From the IMG/VR virus record IMGVR_UViG_3300033463_000008: a stretch of 64,000 nt of DNA; one strand, 5' to 3'. This document shows, one piece after another, positions 16,735 to 27,788 of this stretch; position 1 is the stretch's first letter; each line of letters starts with the position of its first letter. Below the pieces are notes generated by a model, which worked only from the letters and a program-made list of their open reading frames with translations, searched no databases and had not been told where the DNA came from. This DNA is from a virus (lineage: Duplodnaviria > Caudoviricetes). Made by a program: the position numbers and the translations under genes.

Positions 16735-19659
16735 ATGTCATTGGTGTTAGAAAATAATAAGGTTGCAGACTCCCAAGAAGTCCATCCGATGTGGACTGCA
16801 ATTTATCATGATAGGGATACCGACCAGTTATTTCTTTGGTACGATACTGGAAAGCTGGAAACCAAGGTAATTTCCAATACATTCTATACGCCTAATCGAG
16901 GCGAGTACAACTCGATTCCCTGCGGGATGAAGGATATCTATGGCAGGGAGATGTACTCGGTCACATGTAAATCCAAGGTGGAACAGGACATACGAAAGCG
17001 TACCATGGGTCCGAATAACCACCTTTCCGAAATTGATATTGACCCAAGGGCTCGTTTCCTACAGAAGCATTATGCAAAGTCAGGCATGTTGAAGCCTGAC
17101 ATGAAGAAAATCAATCTATGCTTCCTCGATATTGAAGTGGAGACGGTGGGTCGCTTTCCTGCTGCCCACCGTGCCGAATATCCGATTAACTGTGTTACGG
17201 TCTATTTTTCCAAGACTGACCATTATGTGACGTATGGTCTTGGACGTGATGTATCTGATTACGTCAAGGAGGAAATGGCTAAGGAAAATGGCCATTATGT
17301 CCTATGTTATACGGAAAAGGAACTCCTTGAAAAACTTTTCTCGGAGATTGGACGTAACCAGGTCGATATTCTGTCGGGATGGAACTTCTCGTACGATACC
17401 ACTTACATGGTGAACCGTGCCGCCAAGTTGAAGGTGGACTTGAAGCTCATGTCCAGGCTCCCGGGCCAGTTCCAGAAGGCCTACTTTGACCGCGAGGGCA
17501 ACCTGCAGATTGCCGGTACGGAAGTTATTGACTTCCTTGCTCTCTACCGCAAGTACACTTTTTCGGAAGAACCGTCGTACAAACTTGACTACATTGGTGG
17601 CCTTGTTGTCGGTGAGCACAAGGCTCCATTGCCCGATGGCTACAAGTCATGGAAGAACTACTGGGATGAGTTCATCCTGTATAACTTCCAGGACGTTAGA
17701 CTGCTGAAAAAGATTGAGTTGAAGGTGCGCATGTTCCAGCTTGCCGTCATGGCTGCTTCGGAAGCCCGCGTGCCATTCTCTTCAGTATTTGAATCCAAGA
17801 AGATGCTGGTTGGGTTCGTGATGAACATGCTTCACGAACAGCATCTTGTGTTCCCTCCGATGCAAGCCAAGAATAAGGAAGAATACCCGGGTGCATTCGT
17901 GTATTCCATTCCTGGATATTATGAATTCTTGGTTTCTTATGACTATCGTTCCCTGTATCCGTCCATTATGATGACCTTCAACACCTCGCCGGAAACCAAG
18001 GTCATCAAGCCGATTGATTACGTGCTTACTCCGGAAGAGAAGGACAAGCTCATCGAGAGTCCGTGGACACATAATGGTCAGTACAAGGTATATTTCCGTC
18101 GTGACAAGGAAGGCATTGTTCCTCAGGTTACGAGAAAGTTGTTTGACGGTCGTGCGAAGCTGAAAAACAAGAAGAAAGCCGCTGAAAAGGCTGGCGACAT
18201 GGAAATGAAGGACATATACGATATGATGCAAAAGGTCTATAAGGTCCTTGGCAACTCTCTGTATGGTCTTCTTGGTTCCAACTTCTTCCCGTTCTATGAT
18301 GTCGATAATGCCGCTTCTATTACCGGTTACGGTCAACGGCTCATCAAGTTTACTATTGCTCAACTCGCCAAGTATCTCAATGAAGAACTTGTCAACGACC
18401 AGCGGTTCTATGATGCCTTTGGTTACAAGCCGACTATTGATCCTTCGTTCCTTGGAACTACGAAGGACGAGGATGGCCAGATTCTTTATCGCCGCATGTC
18501 ACATGGTGATACTGACTCGTTCTACTGCAAGATTGGTGATATTTTCAAGGAATTCGGTGCCAAGGCTGGCTCCGGTGTTGAGGTTATCGTATTTGATGGC
18601 CACAAGGAAATCTTCCGCCAGGGTTTCGACAATGATCATATTCTTGAATCCAAGAAATTGTTCAACGCGGCTTGCAACCAGTATCTGCATGATGTCTGGC
18701 ATGACCCGGAGAACCGTTCAGTGGACAAGAAGACTGGCCTTACGAAGGTGCAGATTATGTTCCATGATGGTATCGTCATGGGTAAGCGCTATCGCGTGAT
18801 TTATAACCGTTTCCGCCTCACGGATTTCTGTCGCATTATGGATGCTGCCATGCTTGAAGAGAAGCTGGATGAGTACATGCTTGCGTATGCGAAGAAATGG
18901 AACTACCTGACCAACGAATTGTTCTTGAAGCGTGAAAAGTGCATTTACAAGGCAATCGTTACTGCGAAAAAGAAGTACATCTGCGAAGCTGAATCCAACG
19001 AAGATATCGTGTACCTCGACCTTGGACATAAAGGCGAAGATGGTAAGTGGGTACCGGGTACGCTTGAACTCGAACCGCATTTTGCTATTACCGGTCTTGA
19101 AATTGTGCGTAGTTCTACCACCTTGTTCAGTAGGGAGCGTATGCTCGACATGGTGAAGCTGATGCTGAAAACCATGGACAGGGACGAGGTGCGCCGTAGG
19201 CTGCTTGTCATGAAGAAGGAATTCTTCGAGGCCGTCAATGCCGGCAACTACTCCTACATTGCATGCCCTTCCGGTATGAAGGAAGAACCCCTCCCGTACT
19301 TGAAGATGATAACGATGCCGCGTTCCGAAATCAAGGATATCGACTGGCGCCGCAGGGCCGCTTCTGTGTGGAACTACCTGATTGAGAATGACCCCGTTCT
19401 TACCCAGGAGCCGTACGAGCCTATCTATGCCGGTGACAAGATGAAGTTCATCAAGAAGGCCGATGACCGCTATGGTGTCTCAATCATCTGTTATAGCGGT
19501 GAGAAGTGTCCGGAACGCCTCCTGCAACTCTTCCATGCCGACTGGGAAGAACAGTGGCATGTCTCTGTCGCCCAGATACTTGGCCGTCTTTTCGAGGCTG
19601 TCGGGTGGCCGAAGGAACTCGAATACGACGAAACCAAGAAGGTTCGCGCATTCGTTTAA
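16735..19659 (+). CDS. gp43-like family B DNA polymerase
   Basis: Exo FLDIEV, GWN..YD, YNFQD; pol SYDYRSLYPSI, K...NSLYG, HGDTDS, KKKY. Confidence 0.95.
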   Translation: MSLVLENNKVADSQEVHPMWTAIYHDRDTDQLFLWYDTGKLETKVISNTFYTPNRGEYNSIPCGMKDIYGREMYSVTCKSKVEQDIRKRTMGPNNHLSEIDIDPRARFLQKHYAKSGMLKPDMKKINLCFLDIEVETVGRFPAAHRAEYPINCVTVYFSKTDHYVTYGLGRDVSDYVKEEMAKENGHYVLCYTEKELLEKLFSEIGRNQVDILSGWNFSYDTTYMVNRAAKLKVDLKLMSRLPGQFQKAYFDREGNLQIAGTEVIDFLALYRKYTFSEEPSYKLDYIGGLVVGEHKAPLPDGYKSWKNYWDEFILYNFQDVRLLKKIELKVRMFQLAVMAASEARVPFSSVFESKKMLVGFVMNMLHEQHLVFPPMQAKNKEEYPGAFVYSIPGYYEFLVSYDYRSLYPSIMMTFNTSPETKVIKPIDYVLTPEEKDKLIESPWTHNGQYKVYFRRDKEGIVPQVTRKLFDGRAKLKNKKKAAEKAGDMEMKDIYDMMQKVYKVLGNSLYGLLGSNFFPFYDVDNAASITGYGQRLIKFTIAQLAKYLNEELVNDQRFYDAFGYKPTIDPSFLGTTKDEDGQILYRRMSHGDTDSFYCKIGDIFKEFGAKAGSGVEVIVFDGHKEIFRQGFDNDHILESKKLFNAACNQYLHDVWHDPENRSVDKKTGLTKVQIMFHDGIVMGKRYRVIYNRFRLTDFCRIMDAAMLEEKLDEYMLAYAKKWNYLTNELFLKREKCIYKAIVTAKKKYICEAESNEDIVYLDLGHKGEDGKWVPGTLELEPHFAITGLEIVRSSTTLFSRERMLDMVKLMLKTMDRDEVRRRLLVMKKEFFEAVNAGNYSYIACPSGMKEEPLPYLKMITMPRSEIKDIDWRRRAASVWNYLIENDPVLTQEPYEPIYAGDKMKFIKKADDRYGVSIICYSGEKCPERLLQLFHADWEEQWHVSVAQILGRLFEAVGWPKELEYDETKKVRAFV

Positions 19660-19721
19660 CGGTCCCAAATCATATAAACTGCAGACCGATGTAGTTTTAT
19701 GGAAAATAGACGGGATTCCCT

Positions 19722-22700
19722 ATGTACGATTTTGAAAAATACTATGCTGACATGGACGTTAAGGCCGAAGCCAATATCGACCTGAGCGGTGTACAAATTG
19801 AGAATCCCCAGGGAAATCCGAACGAATATGTCACCAACAATGTCGTATATTTCATAACCGGCATTATCCTGTCGAATGATCCGAATTTTGGGTCGTATGT
19901 TTCGGTCGGAATTAACGACAGGTTGAAGATTACGATCGAAGAGGGTAGTTCCACCACAGTCCATTGTGTCGCACTCATGCACCCGATGGCTGATTTGGTT
20001 GAGGCGAATGTGGCCAGCCTGTGGAATCCGGGCAAGGAGCGGGAGAATTCCTTGACTCTTGATTCCAGCAATGGGGGCGCTGTCATAACATATACACCGT
20101 TGCATGATGGTACGTCCATTCCTTCAGTCAATTACTCTTACGCCCGGGCGTATGTCGCACCGCGTTATGAGTTTATTACCGGTATTGGCGGTGATGACGT
20201 GATTGCTCGTTTGGCATCCGGCTTGCTGAATCCGACACTGGTCAACCAGAACGTGATTTCACATCATTCAATGCCAGCTGCGAATTTGTCCGAGTCGATG
20301 CGTGCGATTTATATGATGCTTGGCCTTAACGGCAAGCGCAAGATATCGCTTAAGGCGTTTAGGAAGGGATTAGAAAGCAAGGCTGCGCGATATAACGCTG
20401 TAATCGGCTACGACCTGTTCCGGAAAAGAATGAACCAGATTTCTGACTGGTGTGGTGAGAACAATTACGGTGTCGATGTAAAGTACTATGACCAGAGTAT
20501 GTCTGATCCGTTGCCGGAAAGTGTCGAGGATGCTACCGACGCAGATTACAGGAAGAATCCCCAGGCAGCCCGCGTGAAACACCAGGCTTATCTGAATGCC
20601 GTTGCTAATGCCGATAAGACCAGGACTTCCATGCAGAACCGAACAAGTTTTGATGAAGCATATCAGATCCATCTGCCGGCATTCCTGGATAATCCTAAGA
20701 TATCCCCGCTTGTTGATGACTTGACACCGTCCGGTGATGGCGTGACTGCCCTCATTCCCCCGGTGAAAGATGCCGTGAAAGGCGTGTTTTATCCGAGAGA
20801 GGAGATTGAAACCGAGTTTTATGAGAACTTTGAAAACGTGTATGATGAAATCAGGGATGCCTTGAGTATCATGAGGCGGTATCTTAGCAGGAAGACTAAG
20901 AGAAAGATAACACAGCTCGATGCAAAATTTACCCATTATCCGTCCAATAATGGCGGACTGGCATTTGACCTGGATTCATTAATCAATTCATTCCAGACAA
21001 ATTACAATGCTGTCGGTACAGGGAATGGCGAATATGCCACCGGTAATGTTCAGAATATGCCGGAATACATAACCGCATATCCAAGAGTGTTTCAGATTAA
21101 CGGAAAATACGAACCGGATGCTGGGGGTGCCCCGGCTTCCTGGGTGGCGTTGACTCCACCGGATAATCCGACGTTTATTGGCAGGGCCTGGGTTACCAGC
21201 GGCACTGGCTTTTATCGGGCGTCGGATTATACTCTGAACAAGAAAGTGGTCTCAATGACCGGCCAGGAAGTGCGCGAAGCGATTGTAGATGCGTACAACT
21301 GGATTCTTAAGACGGATGGAAAGCAAGTGCTTGATTATGAAGCCGACATCAACGTAAATGATAATACATTCGATGGCGGTTATGATAGTAGTGCCGATGC
21401 CGACACCAGGGTAAAACAATGCAAGCGTCTTATCGAGTTGATTGGCGGATGGATGAACCTCTTCAAGAAATGTGGTTCCAGGGAAGGCGTCCAAATATTC
21501 CTGGCTGCACACCCATTCAATCCAGGAGAGAATATCATGTCATGGCTGAGCCGTATGGTTGTCGCGGGATACATGACATGGAGCTTGAAGGATAACTATG
21601 ACATAATCGACTGGGAATCATCCTCTAGTTCAAGTTCCGGTGCTACTGACTATGCCAACTTCGTTCCGGCATTTACACCGGAATGGGGTATCGATCCGGA
21701 AAGCGAAACCGACATTGACGATGCAATGCGTGCCGCGTCGGTAATGGTGAGCGCATACAAGGAAATGCGCAGTCAGTTGGTAACCCGTGCGTTCCTGATG
21801 AATCCGGTTCGTGTGGCCAGGGCATGGCTTGCGCTTGAGGATGCGTCTGATGCTATTTCGGCATTGCAGGATTCAATCGACAAAGTAATCTGGTATCAGG
21901 CGTTTGTAAATGAATCGGTCTTTACCAACCGGTCCATGTACCTCAATTTTGCCAACTGGCTTAACCGTGGTGATGGAAACGATGACGATTATGTCAAGAT
22001 TCCGTTCTCCGTCTGGTCTCTGCCTGCCAGATTCATGGTTCCGGTTGCGATGTACCGGAAGGTGAGGAAAAAGTATCGTACATGGTTTGGACGTACCCGT
22101 CATAAAACCGTCAAGGTGTTTGATGGCGTGCGTTGGGCAGAAGTTCGGTTCTATGACTTGAATGTGTACGGAGAATATCCGCAGATTGCTGAAACACCGG
22201 GCAACACTATTCAGCTTGATAAGCCGGCAACCATCGAACGGGTTGGAAATGTTTGGTATCTGAATTTTGATGAACCTCTGCCTGAAGATGTTTGGAATGC
22301 AGGCAGTGGTGAAGTGACGTTTGATGATATTGCAAAATCGGCATTGCAGGTTGTGTTTGATGGTGACATGTCGGCGCATGTACCGGAAGATGCCGACCCA
22401 CCAACGTTGATCGGAGAGCATGTGGTTGTATCTGTGAAGGTTCCGCCGGAACGCAGCCGCAACGACAGTGAAAATAAGACTCCGGTCACAGTTCATGTGA
22501 AGGCTCCGGGGCTCCCGTATGACGAAGAAATTCGCAAACAGGCGTTTGTTGAATACGGTCCGTTCTCGCAGGATAAATTGTTTGAAGTGGTTCGGTATGG
22601 AAACGGGGGTTTCCCGAATGTTCCCGAAACCCAGCGGTTTGATGGATGGAAGGTGTTTAGGCCGACCTCGCGCAAGATTGAAGACATGCGAGAAGGGTTT

Positions 22701-24308
22701 GGACTTTATGACAAGGTTGCCTTCCTGATGTCCATCCTTACGCATGAGTTTGGTGCGGGACGCGTCGAATTGATTAACACGTGGCGTTCCGCTGACGACC
22801 AGAAGAGTATTTGTATGGGCGGTCCAGAAAGCAGTATGCTTTCGTGGCATAACTACGGTATGGCCGCGAAAATTTTAATTTATCAGGCTGACCGTACTAC
22901 TCCCATTGAAGACAAGAGCGACGATATGAAGCGCTTGGTGAAGGTGGCCAAGGCGTTTACTGAAATATGCGCCGATGGAAGGGCAGGGGTTCCGTGCAAC
23001 GTGGTGTGGTGTGGCCGTCTTGTAGTCAATCCGAGCTTGTTTGACTGGGAATTCTTGCCAATGGGACTTGGCCACAAGGATGCCTTCAAGTTCCGCGAGG
23101 CGATACTTGCGCAGCGCGATCCGATTAAGGAATATGCGTACGTGGACGTTGACGCTGCCGGAATGGTTACCGGTAAGGCGCCAGAGGGAAATGAACCGTA
23201 TGTCCTAAAGACTTCCGCAACTTATCGGAATGCGAAGATTGTCAATGGGCATCATTATGTTTCTCCGGACCGTATCGTCAATTATCATACACCGGAAGAC
23301 ATTGTCCTATATGATCTGGTTGAATACATAGACCTAATTAACCTTAAGATGAATGCCAACGGCAACACGCTTGGCGATCGAGGAAACATCTATGAATGGA
23401 AGGCCTTGAATGATTCCGCGTGCTCCCAGTTGATTAGGTATTTTGCGCTGACAAACAACATCAAATCAGCCAAGGCCTTGATTGCTGGTGATTTCGTTGA
23501 AAAGTACCAGGCAATCGAGGATGCTTTCTATTCGACATCTACGGTAGATTATGTGAAGAACATGCTTGGCGAACATTACGAGGATGTGTACATTACAATC
23601 GATTCCATGAACGATGCCGGGTTTATTTCCCTCAGCAATGGAAAGATGTATATCAAGGTCCATGACCAGATACCTGACAATGTTCCTACCATGATTGACA
23701 TGCATGGGCAGCAAAGGGTGGACAGTAACCATATCAAGCGCGGTGTGTGGCGTAACGGCGTGTTCTACGGCCTGGATGAGATTGAGATTCCTTACACGGA
23801 AAGCGATGGCCCGGTAATAGAAGGGTATGTGGATGGCGTGGCGTCTTATGGGGAGGCAATTTTCTTACATAAGTCCGTTGCATCAGCTTTACATGAGGCT
23901 TTCCTGAACACCCGTGACATGTTCGAACGCTACCAGGGCGCTGTCATGTATGACCGTTTCCAGGATGGCCCGAATGCTTCCCGGTTCAATCAGCTGGAAA
24001 ACGAATTCGGTGCCATTGCCGCACAGGACTTAATGGACTTTGGCGAACTGGAAGCTATGCTCGCACAGGATGACATCAACAAGCGTGCGGACATTGAATC
24101 CAATGGGGACAGGAATGGCCTCATTGACGGAAGTATTTACGAAAAGGTCGTAAATAATGCACAGCTTGCCGGTATGCGCAAGGCAGTCAAGACCAATGAG
24201 CGCATACATATCACCGATAAGGGTAACGGGTTGACTCCGGGTGAAATATACCGTGCCGTAATGGAAGGACGGGCTCCGGGGGCTAACGATTTGATGTCCA
24301 GAAGGTAG
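19722..24308 (+). CDS. large virion-type protein with M15-peptidase-like segment
   Basis: 1528 aa, late promoter at 19673; TWRSADDQ...SWHNYGMAAK. Confidence 0.55.
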   Translation: MYDFEKYYADMDVKAEANIDLSGVQIENPQGNPNEYVTNNVVYFITGIILSNDPNFGSYVSVGINDRLKITIEEGSSTTVHCVALMHPMADLVEANVASLWNPGKERENSLTLDSSNGGAVITYTPLHDGTSIPSVNYSYARAYVAPRYEFITGIGGDDVIARLASGLLNPTLVNQNVISHHSMPAANLSESMRAIYMMLGLNGKRKISLKAFRKGLESKAARYNAVIGYDLFRKRMNQISDWCGENNYGVDVKYYDQSMSDPLPESVEDATDADYRKNPQAARVKHQAYLNAVANADKTRTSMQNRTSFDEAYQIHLPAFLDNPKISPLVDDLTPSGDGVTALIPPVKDAVKGVFYPREEIETEFYENFENVYDEIRDALSIMRRYLSRKTKRKITQLDAKFTHYPSNNGGLAFDLDSLINSFQTNYNAVGTGNGEYATGNVQNMPEYITAYPRVFQINGKYEPDAGGAPASWVALTPPDNPTFIGRAWVTSGTGFYRASDYTLNKKVVSMTGQEVREAIVDAYNWILKTDGKQVLDYEADINVNDNTFDGGYDSSADADTRVKQCKRLIELIGGWMNLFKKCGSREGVQIFLAAHPFNPGENIMSWLSRMVVAGYMTWSLKDNYDIIDWESSSSSSSGATDYANFVPAFTPEWGIDPESETDIDDAMRAASVMVSAYKEMRSQLVTRAFLMNPVRVARAWLALEDASDAISALQDSIDKVIWYQAFVNESVFTNRSMYLNFANWLNRGDGNDDDYVKIPFSVWSLPARFMVPVAMYRKVRKKYRTWFGRTRHKTVKVFDGVRWAEVRFYDLNVYGEYPQIAETPGNTIQLDKPATIERVGNVWYLNFDEPLPEDVWNAGSGEVTFDDIAKSALQVVFDGDMSAHVPEDADPPTLIGEHVVVSVKVPPERSRNDSENKTPVTVHVKAPGLPYDEEIRKQAFVEYGPFSQDKLFEVVRYGNGGFPNVPETQRFDGWKVFRPTSRKIEDMREGFGLYDKVAFLMSILTHEFGAGRVELINTWRSADDQKSICMGGPESSMLSWHNYGMAAKILIYQADRTTPIEDKSDDMKRLVKVAKAFTEICADGRAGVPCNVVWCGRLVVNPSLFDWEFLPMGLGHKDAFKFREAILAQRDPIKEYAYVDVDAAGMVTGKAPEGNEPYVLKTSATYRNAKIVNGHHYVSPDRIVNYHTPEDIVLYDLVEYIDLINLKMNANGNTLGDRGNIYEWKALNDSACSQLIRYFALTNNIKSAKALIAGDFVEKYQAIEDAFYSTSTVDYVKNMLGEHYEDVYITIDSMNDAGFISLSNGKMYIKVHDQIPDNVPTMIDMHGQQRVDSNHIKRGVWRNGVFYGLDEIEIPYTESDGPVIEGYVDGVASYGEAIFLHKSVASALHEAFLNTRDMFERYQGAVMYDRFQDGPNASRFNQLENEFGAIAAQDLMDFGELEAMLAQDDINKRADIESNGDRNGLIDGSIYEKVVNNAQLAGMRKAVKTNERIHITDKGNGLTPGEIYRAVMEGRAPGANDLMSRR

Positions 24309-24349
24309 TTTTCATATAAGCTGCAGGAGAAAAGGAATTTGGTAGCCCG

Positions 24350-25936
24350 ATGCCTGCACAAGTAGCGATTAAAAAATATACCGGAAAGGATTCTGAGTTT
24401 GGGACACTGGTGTCATCCTTGGGTATCAAACGAGTTGACACGTGTGTCCCGTCCGTGTATAGCTCGGAGCGTCTCGGTGGGCGTACCGTACCTGCCGACG
24501 ATGGCAGTGAAAGCCAATTTTATTGCATCTATCGTCCGGACGATCCTAAATGCAAGGCATACTCGATGGAATGCGTGTTCAAGGTGCACCTTGTTGCCCC
24601 GCCTGACCGTCAATTGACCAACATTCGTCTTTATCCGACTGGCCCGAGGCCGCGTGGCGAACATCCGGCCATTTTGAGAATAGGAAACTCGATTTCATAT
24701 TCCCGTCCGACAAACAGCAAGTCGCTTATTGCAACTAACGATATTTGGGAATTTAGTCCGGAACATCCGTTTTATCTTACAGTTTCTGGACTGTATGGCC
24801 AGATGCCGCAACAGCAGCTGGGCCATACCCATTTTATCACGGAGTACCGTGATGTCGGCGCGGGGAACGTTGTTTTTCTTGACGGGATGCGCCAACCAGT
24901 AGTCCCAGTCGGCGTTTACACTGATGATGAGAAAGACATTACTATCACCTTTGAGGACCGTACATTTGCTGCCAACACTCACAAGTACACTCCTTGCTTG
25001 ATATTTGTCGATCCGAAAACAGGAAAGGACATCAACACGATTGCACAGGAATCTGGCATGGAACCGTTCTATCAGGTTGTTGTCCCTGATGACAAGAAAG
25101 CCGTTGATGGGGTTATTTATCCAAGCGATGGTCCTGTTGTTGAACTTCGTGTAAAGACGAAAGAATGGAACCTGATGAACATGTTCCCGTCCGGTCTTAT
25201 CTACCAGATTCCGCCTGATAGGGAATGCGACTATCGCGGGTCTGGATATGTGGTGGCATGGATGCCTCTGTACTGGGGAGAGCCGGGATGGCAGTCTACT
25301 GATTCCGGCGATTCTGAGCTTGTCGAAACGGCTTATGTTCCAAACCGCTGGTTCAAGCGCGTTTACACTTTGAGCGATGGTACGGTGAAGGAAGAAGATT
25401 TGCCTGACCACTTCAAAAACAAACCGACCGAGTACTATGATGTCGAGGTTCGTCCTGGCTCAAATGGATGCCCGACCTATTTCCTGAATGGGGTTGAACG
25501 TCCCCAGCTGATTTTCGATATCCACAAGACATATCATTTCTTCAACAAGAGCGGTTCCAAGTTCCCGATGCGGTTCATAGGAAACATGTTTGCTCCGCAG
25601 GCAATCATTCCTGAGGATGTCGTGTCTGCGGGTGTCGTTGTTCTCCGTGGAAATACTGACATGGAAGAGCTTTTTGTCAATCCGGAACTGATTTTGAAGT
25701 CAGGCGCCAGGATTAATGCATATCAGAGCGTGTGCGCACCTGGACTTGGCAATGTGGTCTACAACCATCCGTTGGCCATGTGCGGAAGCTACAATATGTG
25801 TCGCGTTGGCGGGGGCATCTATAATCCCCTTATGGCGGGTGAAACCGACTATGTTTACCTGCAACTCGAAGTGGACGGGAATACCGATCCGGGAAGCTGT
25901 ATTCCGAATATCAAGATGGAATACGACGAGGTTTAA
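24350..25936 (+). CDS. hypothetical, probable structural protein
   Basis: TATAAGCT upstream, beta-rich 528 aa. Confidence 0.6.
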   Translation: MPAQVAIKKYTGKDSEFGTLVSSLGIKRVDTCVPSVYSSERLGGRTVPADDGSESQFYCIYRPDDPKCKAYSMECVFKVHLVAPPDRQLTNIRLYPTGPRPRGEHPAILRIGNSISYSRPTNSKSLIATNDIWEFSPEHPFYLTVSGLYGQMPQQQLGHTHFITEYRDVGAGNVVFLDGMRQPVVPVGVYTDDEKDITITFEDRTFAANTHKYTPCLIFVDPKTGKDINTIAQESGMEPFYQVVVPDDKKAVDGVIYPSDGPVVELRVKTKEWNLMNMFPSGLIYQIPPDRECDYRGSGYVVAWMPLYWGEPGWQSTDSGDSELVETAYVPNRWFKRVYTLSDGTVKEEDLPDHFKNKPTEYYDVEVRPGSNGCPTYFLNGVERPQLIFDIHKTYHFFNKSGSKFPMRFIGNMFAPQAIIPEDVVSAGVVVLRGNTDMEELFVNPELILKSGARINAYQSVCAPGLGNVVYNHPLAMCGSYNMCRVGGGIYNPLMAGETDYVYLQLEVDGNTDPGSCIPNIKMEYDEV

Positions 25937-25978
25937 AATTTTTGAAACACTTATAAACTTTCTGTCAAATCAGCCCCA

Positions 25979-27691
25979 ATGGCTGCTCAAAAGGAACAAA
26001 TCTATATGACACAAGAAAAGAACAAGAAAGCTGTTGCGGACCTATTTTGCATGGAAGATGCAAGGGCCGTATGTGAAGCCATTGGCGGTCTTGGCCTCAA
26101 TACCGACAATCAGGCTACCGATGATCCACTGGAATACACTCCGGACAATATCCTGGATGTGACAGTGAATGAAAATCCTGATGGTATGCCGGCACTTCCG
26201 CAGTTCACCCCGAAGGAAATGGATAGCGAAACACAGGCATTCGTTGTCGATGAACTTGCCAAGGAATTGCAGGCTGATGGCCGTGAATCCCTTAATGACG
26301 AAGACCTTGTTCCGTTCATGGTGAAAATCAAGGGTGAAAACCGCATTTCCCAGGACTTGACTCCGTTCATTGACCAGATTACTGGTAACGCAAACAACCG
26401 TCTTGCTACCCAGAACGTTTCTGAAGCTCAGCCAAATGGTGTTGCTACTAACCTTACGAATGGTGGTAACGGTGCTGCTCCTGCTGCTCCTGCGGTCGCT
26501 GACCCGACTGCTGGTATGGGTGCACTCCCGCCGGAAGCTCCGGGTGGCCTTGATGCCCCGACCGAAGCTCCTGCTCTCGATGCCAACGCTGGCGACTCCC
26601 TCAACGGCGATGAACTGTGGGGAAATGATTCTGCTGCACCGGGTGCCGAAGGTGACTTCAATCTTGATGTGCCCGAACCGGGTGCCGAGGATGCCTCTGC
26701 TGGTGGCGATGATACATTCAATCTTGACATCGGCGATGAAGGTGGTGAAGCTCCGGCTGGCGATGACACTGACACAATTGGCGAATTGGACTTTGGCGAT
26801 GAAGGCGGTGAAGGCGCATCGGAAGGTGGCGACGCTTCTGCCGAAGGCGGTTCCAGTGAAGACGACCTTTTCAGTGCCCTCGATGGCATGAGCGATGAAG
26901 ATCTCGATGATGGTTCTGATTTGGGTGGTGACACTGGCGACGCCGGTGATGCTGGCGATCTTGGTGATCTTGGCGGTGAAGGTGAAGGCGGTTCCGAAGA
27001 TGAAAAGCCTACCGAAACCGAATGCGCAGCCGCACCTGTTAAAACCGAATGTGGCGAAGCTCCGGCTGACAACACCGACATTCAGCTTGAATCCATCAAG
27101 GCTAACTACGTAGCCAACCTTGCTAAGGAACGTGTCCGTGCAATTACGGAAGCTTATGACCGTAAGCGTGCTTTGGCTGAAAAGCGTGCCCTTTGCGAAA
27201 GCATCATCAGTAATTATCAGGAAAATGAGGCTGCCAAGGAACGCAAGACTGTGGTAGAATCTACCATGGGCGAAAAGTTATCTGAACTTGGTGACAAGGT
27301 TGCCACGCTTTGTGAAAATGCTTCCAAGGATAAGGGCCTCGATGCCAAGCTTGAATCCATTCTTAACAATGTGAAGAAAGGCAAGACGCTCGATGCCAAG
27401 TTCGAATCCATTTTGAGTGGTTCCAATAAGCCGAGGGTTCAATCTTCGTCCAGTGTCTTGGATGCCAAGCTCGAATCCATTCTTGGCAAGGTGAAGGCAA
27501 GCAAGGCTCTCGACGCCAAGCTTGAATCCATCGTCAACAAGGTTTCTGCTGACAAGGCAGTCGATGCAAAGCTCGCCGCCATCGTGGAATCCGTGAAGGC
27601 TCCGAAGGCTGCAGCGGCTAAGGCTCCGCTTGATGCCAAGCTTGAATCCATCATTGCTTCGACCAAACAGAAGATTGCTGCGGCTAAGTAA
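25979..27691 (+). CDS. acidic prohead core/scaffold-like protein
   Basis: Late promoter 25952; D/E/G-rich middle, coiled-coil C-terminus with six LDAKLESI-type repeats. Confidence 0.55.
   Translation: MAAQKEQIYMTQEKNKKAVADLFCMEDARAVCEAIGGLGLNTDNQATDDPLEYTPDNILDVTVNENPDGMPALPQFTPKEMDSETQAFVVDELAKELQADGRESLNDEDLVPFMVKIKGENRISQDLTPFIDQITGNANNRLATQNVSEAQPNGVATNLTNGGNGAAPAAPAVADPTAGMGALPPEAPGGLDAPTEAPALDANAGDSLNGDELWGNDSAAPGAEGDFNLDVPEPGAEDASAGGDDTFNLDIGDEGGEAPAGDDTDTIGELDFGDEGGEGASEGGDASAEGGSSEDDLFSALDGMSDEDLDDGSDLGGDTGDAGDAGDLGDLGGEGEGGSEDEKPTETECAAAPVKTECGEAPADNTDIQLESIKANYVANLAKERVRAITEAYDRKRALAEKRALCESIISNYQENEAAKERKTVVESTMGEKLSELGDKVATLCENASKDKGLDAKLESILNNVKKGKTLDAKFESILSGSNKPRVQSSSSVLDAKLESILGKVKASKALDAKLESIVNKVSADKAVDAKLAAIVESVKAPKAAAAKAPLDAKLESIIASTKQKIAAAK
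27338..27652 (+). repeat. six (L/V)DAK(L/F)ESI peptide repeats
   Basis: Recurrent GATGCCAAGCTTGAATCCAT-like units. Confidence 0.85.
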
Positions 27692-27710
27692 TCTGGATTG
27701 AAATTTGAAT

Positions 27711-27737
27711 AGACACCGCCCTTTGGGTGGTGTCTTT
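27711..27737 (+). terminator. intrinsic terminator
   Basis: AGACACCGCCC-loop-GGGTGGTGTCT + T's. Confidence 0.7.
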
Positions 27738-27788
27738 CTGTTTGCTAGAAGAAGATAGTTTTACATCAACCTTGATAAACTGCAGAAC

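Noticed and set aside
19673-27782. Inverted TAGTTT/AAACT pairs around late promoters (19673-19700, 24306-24324, 27757-27782) as antisense promoters
   Set aside because: Short AT-rich matches; cannot be separated from chance or alternative -10 elements without transcript data
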